NCBI RefSeq assembly: GCF_026914305.1
Contig: NZ_CP113866.1
Location: 666,183 to 690,182 of the forward strand
Source: Caldicellulosiruptor acetigenus
Lineage (GTDB): Bacteria; Bacillota; Thermoanaerobacteria; Caldicellulosiruptorales; Caldicellulosiruptoraceae
Direction: 5' to 3'
DNA: 24,000 nucleotides
Shown piece by piece: positions 16,332-24,000 of this stretch (position 1 is its first letter; every line of letters starts with the position of its first letter). The position numbers and the translations under genes are program-made. The notes under the pieces were generated by a model. The model did no database searches. It was not told the origin of the DNA and was given only the letters and a program-made list of their open reading frames with translations.

Positions 16332-17282
16332 ATGGAATCTTCAATCTGGAATAGAAGAAAAATTAATTGGAAAAATATATGGGCTCAACGTTATATTATG
16401 ATATTAGTATTACCCGTAGTTTTATGGATGATAATTTTTAATTATTTACCAATGCTAGGTTTGATTATAGCTTTTAAAGAATATGATCCTTTTTTAGGCC
16501 CTTTAAAAGGATTTTTAGAAAGTAAGTGGGTAGGAATAGATAATTTTAAAGAAATGTTTACAGACAAATATTTTTGGCAAGCATTGTGGAATACAATTTA
16601 TTATAGTGTATTAAATTTAATAGTTGGTTTTCCTTTTGCAATTTTATTTGCTATTTTATTAAATGAAATACCAAATATGTGGTATAAAAGATTTGTGCAG
16701 ACGGTTAGTTATTTGCCATACTTTATTTCTTGGGTTTTTGTTATTGGTTACATTTATATTATCTTGGCGGATAATGGTATTGTAAATGATGTGTTGCTTA
16801 AACTTCATATAATTGATAAACCGATACCATTTCTTGTAACACCTGACTTTGTTCCACCTATAGTAGTGTTGAGTAATTTATGGAAGTCATTTGGTTGGAA
16901 TGCAATAATATTTATTGCAGCTATTACAAATATAGATCCAACATTGTTTGAAGCTGCAATAGTTGATGGGGCAGGTCGATTTGCCAGAATAAGGTATGTT
17001 ACTTTACCATCAATAAAACCTACCATTATTATATTACTAATATTTAATATTGCAGGAATAATGACTAATTATGGGATGTTTGAACAAATGTATCTTTTAT
17101 CGAATGGAGCAATTCAAGATGCTACTGAGATTATTGACACTTATACATTTAAGATAGGTATTGTTTTATCTAGATTTTCATATGCTACAGCAGTAGGGTT
17201 GTTTAGATCAGTGGCTGCAGTTGTTTTATTAGTTTGGGCTAATTCAATATCTAAAAAGCTTACGGGCGAAAGTTTATATTAA
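16332..17282 (+). CDS. Carbohydrate ABC transporter permease (CUT1, LplB/YteP-type)
   Basis: Multi-TM protein with the binding-protein-dependent permease EAA-loop region (EAAIVDGAGRFARIRYVTLPSIKP). The track ORF starts at 16296, but ATG 16332 lies 8 nt after AAAGGAG (16317-16323). Confidence 0.85.
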   Translation: MESSIWNRRKINWKNIWAQRYIMILVLPVVLWMIIFNYLPMLGLIIAFKEYDPFLGPLKGFLESKWVGIDNFKEMFTDKYFWQALWNTIYYSVLNLIVGFPFAILFAILLNEIPNMWYKRFVQTVSYLPYFISWVFVIGYIYIILADNGIVNDVLLKLHIIDKPIPFLVTPDFVPPIVVLSNLWKSFGWNAIIFIAAITNIDPTLFEAAIVDGAGRFARIRYVTLPSIKPTIIILLIFNIAGIMTNYGMFEQMYLLSNGAIQDATEIIDTYTFKIGIVLSRFSYATAVGLFRSVAAVVLLVWANSISKKLTGESLY

Positions 17283-17306
17283 TAGATGCAGTAAGGAGGA
17301 GTAAAA

Positions 17307-18185
17307 GTGAGAATTAGAAGGAAAAGTACTGGCGATATTATTTTCGATGTTTTAAATAATTTGTTTATGTTTATAGTAGTAATAATTACATTATATCCGT
17401 TTTATTACATTATAATTTCTTCCTTTAATGATCCTATAGATTTATTAAAAGGCCCTGTATATCTATGGCCAAGAAAATTTTCAGTGGTTAATTACATATA
17501 TATTTTTCAAGAAAAAGCTATTTTAAATGCGGCGTTTATAACAGTTGCAAGAACAATAATAGGAAGCGCAGCTGCTGTTTTATTTACTGCTGCATTTGCA
17601 TATGGTATTTCAAGGAAATGGTTAATAGGAAGGAATTTATTTATAAAAATGGCGATAATAACAATGTACTTCAGTGGAGGATTAATCCCTACATATTTAC
17701 TTATAACGCGTTTTTTAAATTTAGCAGGCAACTTTCTTGTTTTTATTATTCCTAATTTGTTCAATGCTTATAATGCGTTTATTATGTATTCATTTTTTAA
17801 AGGAATACCTGTCGAAATAGAAGAGTCTGCCAAAATAGATGGGGCAAATGATATTATAATCTTTTTTAAATTGATTCTTCCTTTGAGTTTACCTATACTT
17901 GCTACAATTGCTTTGTTTAATGGTGTATGGCATTGGAATTCTTGGTTTGATGCGTTGTTATATGGAGAAGGAAAATTAGAAACATTACCATTATATTTAG
18001 TTAGGGCTATTCAGTCAGCTACTGCAAGTGCAGAAGCAGCGAGATTTGTTTCAACAACAGGTATAACATCCACGTCTATAAGACTGACTACTATGGTAGT
18101 TACTACATTTCCTATAACGATAGTGTATCCATTTCTTCAGAAGTATTTTGTTAAAGGCATAATGATAGGTGCTTTGAAGGATTAG
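17307..18185 (+). CDS. Carbohydrate ABC transporter permease (CUT1, LplC/MalG-type)
   Basis: 292 aa with a GTG start after AAGGAGGAG. It has six predicted hydrophobic segments and the EAA loop EESAKIDGANDIIIFFKLILPLSLP. Confidence 0.85.
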   Translation: MRIRRKSTGDIIFDVLNNLFMFIVVIITLYPFYYIIISSFNDPIDLLKGPVYLWPRKFSVVNYIYIFQEKAILNAAFITVARTIIGSAAAVLFTAAFAYGISRKWLIGRNLFIKMAIITMYFSGGLIPTYLLITRFLNLAGNFLVFIIPNLFNAYNAFIMYSFFKGIPVEIEESAKIDGANDIIIFFKLILPLSLPILATIALFNGVWHWNSWFDALLYGEGKLETLPLYLVRAIQSATASAEAARFVSTTGITSTSIRLTTMVVTTFPITIVYPFLQKYFVKGIMIGALKD

Positions 18186-18244
18186 ATTTACAGGTTCATT
18201 TTTTGATTGATAGTTTTGTTTGAGGAGGTGATTATAAATATGTG

Positions 18245-18291
18245 GCTAAACGATTCGTCTTAATTTGGTGGTTTATAATAAAACGCTTAAT
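18245..18291. promoter_or_regulatory. Pair of degenerate LacI-type operator-like sites upstream of the SBP gene
   Basis: gCTAAACGATTCgt (18245-18258) and atAAAACGCTTAat (18278-18291). Each is one core mismatch away from half-site combinations seen in O1-O3, and the centres are 33 bp apart, mirroring the 32-bp O1-O2 spacing. Confidence 0.35.
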
Positions 18292-18372
18292 GTTTGTTTT
18301 AGCGGAGTAGGAAAAGATTAAATAACATAATCTAAAAATTAACAATTTAAAGAAAAAGAAGGAGGAGGAAAA

Positions 18373-20058
18373 ATGAATAAAAGGTATTTCAAAGTAATTT
18401 CAATACTTATAGTTTTCGCTTTAATAGTTTCTTTAGTCTCCATTGGATATGTTTATAAAAATGAAGTTAAAGCAGCTTCATCTAGTAAAACTGCGACACA
18501 GGGTGCAAAAGTAAAGTATTCTTGGCAAAAAGATACATCGCCTTTTAAATTTGATTTGTATTTTTTCGGCGCATGGGGTTCATTTTATCGTTGGAATGGT
18601 GCTCTCGTAGAAAAGTGGATTACTGAGGCAACGGGAGTTACTCCAAATATTATTGTGCCTACAGGGGATGAAAAACAGTATCTTAACGTTATGATTGCTT
18701 CTAATAATTTACCTGATGCTATGGTACTTGAATGGTATGCTCCAGAAACAAAAAGACTTATTAAGGCAGGAAAAATATATTCGGTGAACGAATTGTGTCA
18801 AAAATATGCACCAGAATTTTGGGACATGATACCAAAAGAAGTAAAAGAATATCATAAATTTGATGACGGTAAGCTTTATTATATTCCATCATTTTTCACT
18901 ACCAAAGAAGAATACGAACAAGGTTTGGAAAAGCATAATGCAAGGCCATTGTTTATTCAAAGAGGAATATATAAAGCTTTAGGAAATCCAAAAATTAATT
19001 CACCAGATGATTTGATTAATTTGTTAAGGACAATAAAGAAAAAATATCCTAATTTAAAACCATTTGCAATAGAACCTCCAATTGATGTAAATCAGTGGGG
19101 ACTTACGGGTAGCTTAACTTTAGCATTTTTTGCAGGGATTTTTGCACCAGAGACATATGGAAGAGACGTTTATCTTGATGCAAAAGGAAATATAAAATTT
19201 ATTTTTGAAAATCAGAATTTTATTGAGGCTGTAAGATTTTTGAATAAAATTTATAGGGAAGGTTTAATCACATCATATGAATTGATGATGAAACATGAGA
19301 ATTATCAAGATTTAGTAGAATCAGCCAAATATGCCGTTATAGCCCGATTCCCAATAGATATTTGGAAGCAACATAATCCAAAAATTCTAAAACTTACTAA
19401 AGATGAAGGTAAGACATATATGCCATTACCTTATTTTAAATATAAAGGCAAGAATCCTCAATTTGCGGGCGGTAGAGGAGCAGGTTGGGTTGGTTCTATG
19501 GTAACGAAAAACGCCAAGAATCCAGGAAGAATAATTAGATATTTTGAATATAGTTGGTCTGATGAAGGACAACTAACAAATCTATTTGGCAAAAAAGACG
19601 TTACGTATTATATTGATAAAAATGGAATGCCAAGATATAAACCAGAAGTTTTGAAAGAATTACAGGATAATCCAGCAAGCTTAGATACTAAGTATGGATT
19701 TGAAAGAAGATTATTAATGTGGAGATCAAAATGGGCAGGATGGCAGAGAATAGCAATGGCACCTAAAGAATATGAAGATTACTTAAGATCAGTTGCACGT
19801 TATGGTGTAGATATTTGGAATCTAGGTCTTGATAATCTTGACCCAGATCCAACTACTAAAGAAGGAGTTTCTTATGCGAAAATCAAAAATATATGGAACA
19901 AATATCTTGTACAGATGGTATTAGCTAAAGATGATAATACCTTTAAGAAGGCTTATGAAAGTGCATTGAAAGAAATGAAGAATGCAGGTTTAGAGCAGGT
20001 AAGAAAAGTTATGTATCAGAACCATTTGAAAGATTTGGCAAAGAAAAAAGGTATGTAA
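18373..20058 (+). CDS. Extracellular solute-binding protein, large LplA-type (oligosaccharide-binding)
   Basis: 561 aa, with RBS AAGGAGGAGG. It has an N-terminal hydrophobic anchor (KVISILIVFALIVSLVSIGYVY). The size and gene order (permease-permease-SBP) are those of LplABC-type CUT1 systems. There is no lipobox Cys. Confidence 0.8.
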   Translation: MNKRYFKVISILIVFALIVSLVSIGYVYKNEVKAASSSKTATQGAKVKYSWQKDTSPFKFDLYFFGAWGSFYRWNGALVEKWITEATGVTPNIIVPTGDEKQYLNVMIASNNLPDAMVLEWYAPETKRLIKAGKIYSVNELCQKYAPEFWDMIPKEVKEYHKFDDGKLYYIPSFFTTKEEYEQGLEKHNARPLFIQRGIYKALGNPKINSPDDLINLLRTIKKKYPNLKPFAIEPPIDVNQWGLTGSLTLAFFAGIFAPETYGRDVYLDAKGNIKFIFENQNFIEAVRFLNKIYREGLITSYELMMKHENYQDLVESAKYAVIARFPIDIWKQHNPKILKLTKDEGKTYMPLPYFKYKGKNPQFAGGRGAGWVGSMVTKNAKNPGRIIRYFEYSWSDEGQLTNLFGKKDVTYYIDKNGMPRYKPEVLKELQDNPASLDTKYGFERRLLMWRSKWAGWQRIAMAPKEYEDYLRSVARYGVDIWNLGLDNLDPDPTTKEGVSYAKIKNIWNKYLVQMVLAKDDNTFKKAYESALKEMKNAGLEQVRKVMYQNHLKDLAKKKGM

Positions 20059-20062
20059 TTTT

Positions 20063-20100
20063 AAAATTAAGCAGGGGTTTAAAGCCCCTGCTTAATTTTA
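20063..20100 (+). terminator. Strong rho-independent terminator/attenuator after the SBP gene
   Basis: A 15-bp perfect stem, AAAATTAAGCAGGGG (20063-20077) with CCCCTGCTTAATTTT (20085-20099), has a 7-nt loop and a T-run within and after the 3' arm. Confidence 0.85.
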
Positions 20101-20126
20101 AAGAATATCGAGGAGGCATAGAAGAG

Positions 20127-22406
20127 ATGAAACAAAAAAATTCTTTTAAGTATGACATGTTAGATTTTGATTTACCTGAAGCCCAAAATGATATTTTATG
20201 GATTGCTGAAATGGCTGAAGAAGTATATGAGCAATGTGATGGTTCTGTGATTATAAAAATACCTTTTCAAGCTCAAAAGAAAGAAGTGTTTGTTCCAGAT
20301 GCAACAAAAGAAAAGAAATATTATTATATGGAAATTAAAGCGTATGGTGATGCTATTGTTAGATGTTCTATTTCTTTTAGTGGAAGGTTCATAGAAGATA
20401 GTAATAATCCCATGATAGAATGGGATCCATCGTTAAAGCAGGTAAAACTTTATGTAACAAAAAATAAGAATGGATGGGATATAATAGATGATAATAAAGT
20501 TGTAAGGATGAGAGTAAATAACGTTAAAAAACCAACAAGGAAATGGAGTAATTTGCATCCCGAACCACAATATTTTTTTGATGCTACTATTTTCCCTGAT
20601 GGAATAGTAGCAATACCTTTTATGGCTAATGATACATTTACACCCGGTATTGTGGAATCTGTGAGTTTAGGATATGTAGAACGTGATGGAAAAGCGGATA
20701 GGTGTGTTTTTGCGCTTCACTCAGAATATAATGAAAAATTTGCTGGAACAGGAGAAAGGTTTGCTCCTATGAATCTTTCCGGGAAAACAATAATTTTAGA
20801 GAATAACGATGCTTTAGGAGTTAATAATCGGAGAGCATATAAAAATGTTCCGTTTTATATATCGAGTAAAGGTTATGGGTTACTTATAATGACATCTGCT
20901 CACGTAAGACTTTCATTAGCTGATATATCAACAAGAGCAGTGCAAGCTTTAATAGAGGATGATGTGTTGGATTTATTTTTCATAGGTGGAGGAGAACCTG
21001 AAAGAATTATTTATAACTATAGAAGAATTACAGGTTTTCCTCGTAAGGTGCCTGTTTGGTCATATGGAATATGGATGAGTAGGATGTCTTATTTTTCTGC
21101 TGAAGAGACTTTTGATGTTGCCAAAAAATTAAGAGAAAATAAATTTCCTTGTGATGTAATTCATTTAGATACTGGATGGTTTAAAAAAGATTGGCAGTGT
21201 GATTGGGAGTTTGATGAAGAAAGATTTCCTAATCCCCAGGAGTATATCAGAAACATGCATGAAATGGGGTTCAAAATTTCAGTTTGGCAACTTCCTCATG
21301 TTGCGGCAGAAACAAAACATTATAATGTAGCAGTAGAAAATAAGTTTATTTCTAAATTAACTAATAAGCCTGAAGAAGGTACATCTAATTTTGGAGATGT
21401 AGAATACAGAGGAGTAATTGATTTTACAAATCCAAAAGCAGTGGAGTGGTATCAAAATTTGTTGAAAAACTTATTTGATTTAGGTGTAGATGTTATTAAA
21501 ACTGATTTTGGCGAAAACATAGATATGAATGCGGAATATTTTTCAATGGAACCAAAGAAGTTACATAATCTTTACTCTTTACTTTATCAAAAGGCAGCCT
21601 TTGAAATCACAGAAAAAGTTAAAGGGAAAGACCAAGCTATTATATGGGCAAGAGCAGGCTGGATAGGATGTCAACGATATCCAGTTCATTGGGGTGGTGA
21701 TAGTAGCAGTACATGGGACGGTTTGGCAGCCACAATTCGAGGTGGTTTACATCTTGGTGTATCAGGCTTTGGTTTTTGGAGTCATGATGTTCCTGGATTT
21801 CACGGCCTTCCAGATTTTATGAATAATTGGCCAGATGATGATATTTATGTTCGCTGGACTCAGGTTGCAGTATTTACTTCTCATATTCGATATCATGGGG
21901 CTTCACCACGAGAACCCTATAATTATCCTAATGTATCAGACATTGTTAGAGAATGGTGGAAATTACGTTATGCATTAATACCATATTTTGTTGAGCAGGG
22001 TGAAAAGGTTACAAAGACAGGTTATCCATTTATAAGAGCATTGTTTATTCATCATCCTGATGATGAATATTGTTGGTACATTGATGATGAATTTTATTGC
22101 GGTGATATTTTCTTAGTAGCTCCGATCATAAATTCTGCTGGTAAAAGAAACATTTATTTACCCAAAGGAAATTGGATAGATTTTTGGTCAGGAGAATTTA
22201 TTGAAGGTCCTGTTATGCTAAAAGATGTTTATTTTCCACTAGAAAAAATGCCTATATATTGTGTTGCCGGTTCTGAACTTAAAGTATATCCGTACATGGT
22301 ACAGCATACGGGTGAAATAGAATTTGATAAAGCAGTAACAATAATTTTTGATCATACGTACAAAGGCTTTTCTAAATCAATACTTGGGAGAATAATAAAA
22401 TTATAA
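20127..22406 (+). CDS. Glycoside hydrolase family 31, alpha-xylosidase (YicI/XylS)-like
   Basis: 759 aa, with RBS GAGGAGG. It has the catalytic-nucleophile motif VIKTDFGE, and the acid/base region YPVHWGGDSSSTWDGLAATIRGGLHLGVSGFGFWSHDVPGF closely parallels E. coli YicI (FPVHWGGDCYANYESMAESLRGGLSIGLSGFGFWSHDIGGF). Confidence 0.8.
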   Translation: MKQKNSFKYDMLDFDLPEAQNDILWIAEMAEEVYEQCDGSVIIKIPFQAQKKEVFVPDATKEKKYYYMEIKAYGDAIVRCSISFSGRFIEDSNNPMIEWDPSLKQVKLYVTKNKNGWDIIDDNKVVRMRVNNVKKPTRKWSNLHPEPQYFFDATIFPDGIVAIPFMANDTFTPGIVESVSLGYVERDGKADRCVFALHSEYNEKFAGTGERFAPMNLSGKTIILENNDALGVNNRRAYKNVPFYISSKGYGLLIMTSAHVRLSLADISTRAVQALIEDDVLDLFFIGGGEPERIIYNYRRITGFPRKVPVWSYGIWMSRMSYFSAEETFDVAKKLRENKFPCDVIHLDTGWFKKDWQCDWEFDEERFPNPQEYIRNMHEMGFKISVWQLPHVAAETKHYNVAVENKFISKLTNKPEEGTSNFGDVEYRGVIDFTNPKAVEWYQNLLKNLFDLGVDVIKTDFGENIDMNAEYFSMEPKKLHNLYSLLYQKAAFEITEKVKGKDQAIIWARAGWIGCQRYPVHWGGDSSSTWDGLAATIRGGLHLGVSGFGFWSHDVPGFHGLPDFMNNWPDDDIYVRWTQVAVFTSHIRYHGASPREPYNYPNVSDIVREWWKLRYALIPYFVEQGEKVTKTGYPFIRALFIHHPDDEYCWYIDDEFYCGDIFLVAPIINSAGKRNIYLPKGNWIDFWSGEFIEGPVMLKDVYFPLEKMPIYCVAGSELKVYPYMVQHTGEIEFDKAVTIIFDHTYKGFSKSILGRIIKL

Positions 22407-22435
22407 AAACTAAATAAAATGGGAGGGAAAAGCAA

Positions 22436-23884
22436 ATGATAATAACTATTTTTCCACAACATAAATTAGGAAAAATAAGTAAATTCTGGACAAAATGTGT
22501 AGGTAGCTGTCACGCTGCAACTGCGCTGAGGGAAGATTGGAGAAATCAGCTAAGAAAATGCAGGCAAGAGCTTGGTTTTGAGTATGTCAGATTTCATGGC
22601 TGGCTTAACGATGATATGAGTGTTTGTTTTAGAAATGATGAAGGCAAACTCTGGTTTTCATTTTTCAACATGGATTCTATAATTGACTTTTTACTGGATA
22701 TTGGAATGAAGCCTTTCATAGAACTGAGTTTTATGCCTGAGGCTTTAGCATCTGGTACAAAGACAGTTTTTCATTACAAAGGCAATATAACTCCACCAAA
22801 ATCATATGAAGAGTGGGGACAGCTTATTGAAGAGCTTGCAAGACATCTTGTAAAAAGGTATGGGAAGAATGAAGTAAGAGAATGGTTTTTTGAGGTATGG
22901 AATGAACCAAATTTGAAGGACTTTTTCTGGGCAGGGACAATGGAAGAGTATTTTGAGCTTTACAAACATGCGGCGTTTGCAATCAAGAAAGTGGATTCTG
23001 AGCTGAAAGTAGGAGGACCTGCATCAGCAATAGATGCATGGATTCCAGAGCTAAAAGAGTTTTGTACAAAGAACGGTGTACCGATAGATTTTATTTCAAC
23101 ACACCAGTATCCAACAGATTTAGCGTTCAGCACAAGTTCGAACATGGAAGAGGCTATGGCAAAGGCAAAGAGAGGAGAACTTGCTGACAGGGTAAAGAAG
23201 GCTTTGAGTGAAGCATATCCTTTGCCTGTTTATTATACTGAATGGAACAACTCGCCAAGTCCGCGTGATCCGTATCATGACATTCCATATGATGCAGCAT
23301 TTATTGTAAAGACCATAATAGATATTGTTGATTTGCCACTGGGCTGTTATTCATACTGGACGTTCACAGACATATTTGAGGAATGTGGTCAGAGTTCATT
23401 ACCTTTCCATGGAGGGTTTGGACTTTTGAATATTCACGGTATACCAAAACCGTCATACAGAGCGTTTCAAATCTTGAATAAATTGAATGGAGAAAGAGTG
23501 GAAATAAAAACGGATGAGGAGAGTGAAACTATTGATTGTGTTGCAGCAAATGATGGTGAAAAAATAGTGTTAATAGTTTCAAACCATAATGTTCCCTTAT
23601 CACCTATAAAAACTGAAAATATAAAAGTAATAGTTGAAGGTTTGAAAAATTGTCATACAGTAGTTATAGAAAGGATTGATGAATATAATGCAAATCCAAA
23701 GAGAAAGTGGGTTGAGATGGGCAGCCCCGAATATCTTACAAAAGAACAAATAGAAGAATTAATAAAAGTTTCAGAAATTAAAAAAGAACAAATTTCTTGT
23801 GAAAGAATAAGTGAAGAAGCAGTTAAATTTGAATTTGATATACTTCCACATTCAGTGGTGGCTATAACAATTAACTATAAGTAA
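22436..23884 (+). CDS. xynB: Glycoside hydrolase family 39 beta-xylosidase
   Basis: 482 aa. FEVWNEPNL (acid/base Glu), YYTEWN (nucleophile Glu), HGGFGLLNIHGIPKPSY and SYWTFTDIFEE are all colinear with Thermoanaerobacterium XynB as I recall it. The gene symbol is given by analogy only. Confidence 0.85.
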   Translation: MIITIFPQHKLGKISKFWTKCVGSCHAATALREDWRNQLRKCRQELGFEYVRFHGWLNDDMSVCFRNDEGKLWFSFFNMDSIIDFLLDIGMKPFIELSFMPEALASGTKTVFHYKGNITPPKSYEEWGQLIEELARHLVKRYGKNEVREWFFEVWNEPNLKDFFWAGTMEEYFELYKHAAFAIKKVDSELKVGGPASAIDAWIPELKEFCTKNGVPIDFISTHQYPTDLAFSTSSNMEEAMAKAKRGELADRVKKALSEAYPLPVYYTEWNNSPSPRDPYHDIPYDAAFIVKTIIDIVDLPLGCYSYWTFTDIFEECGQSSLPFHGGFGLLNIHGIPKPSYRAFQILNKLNGERVEIKTDEESETIDCVAANDGEKIVLIVSNHNVPLSPIKTENIKVIVEGLKNCHTVVIERIDEYNANPKRKWVEMGSPEYLTKEQIEELIKVSEIKKEQISCERISEEAVKFEFDILPHSVVAITINYK

Positions 23885-23929
23885 AAAATATACCGAATAG
23901 GTTCAAAAAATTTTTAAAGAGGTGTCATT

Positions 23930-24000
23930 ATGAATTCGCAAAGTTTAAAAATAATTTTCGATAAACCAGCAAGCTGTTGGGAAGAGGCACTTCCAATAGG
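23930..24000 (+). CDS. Probable GH95 alpha-L-fucosidase, first 23 codons (continues beyond window)
   Basis: MNSQSLKIIFDKPASCWEEALPIG resembles the GH95 N-terminal motif (...PA..WEEALPIGNGRLG...). RBS AAAGAGGTG lies 6 nt upstream. The fragment is very short. Confidence 0.5.
   Translation, partial: MNSQSLKIIFDKPASCWEEALPI

Overview
The window reads like a low-GC thermophilic Firmicute chromosome. My impression is Caldicellulosiruptor-like, which I cannot verify here.

- **nt 1-4400, core genes:** leuC (3' part), leuD and leuB; an Fe-S-containing aldo/keto reductase; and the rpsF-ssb-rpsR operon.
- **nt 4500-8415, IS graveyard of four dead transposase genes:** an ISL3-type C-terminal fragment (-), an IS256-family element copy 1 (+), the C-terminal half of a second, different IS256-family transposase (-), and a more decayed copy 2 of the first IS256-family element (+).
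- **nt 8515-15666, sugar operon:** a LacI-family regulator, then a tightly packed five-gene operon. It encodes a class II FBP/tagatose-bisphosphate-type aldolase, a GatD-like Zn dehydrogenase, an Fe-ADH, an FGGY kinase and a GatZ/KbaZ-like protein. It sits behind a good promoter and two AAACGTTT-core operators.
- **nt 15831-16264, fucI relic:** a consensus promoter plus the same operator type drive only a 45-codon relic of L-fucose isomerase.
- **nt 16332-24000, glycan utilisation genes:** a visibly more AT-rich block follows directly. It holds two CUT1-type ABC permeases, a 561-aa solute-binding protein and a GH31 alpha-xylosidase-like enzyme. After it come a GH39 beta-xylosidase and the first 23 codons of a GH95-like alpha-L-fucosidase.

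I saw no tRNA, rRNA or CRISPR array.

The best candidates for something new are:
1. The PTS-less GatY/GatZ-type operon with its unusual enzyme partners.
2. The fucI relic, whose promoter appears to have been captured by an incoming transporter/GH31 cassette.
3. The shared operator motif that links the operon, the relic and the transporter.

All homology statements come from reading the translations against remembered family motifs. No searches were run.
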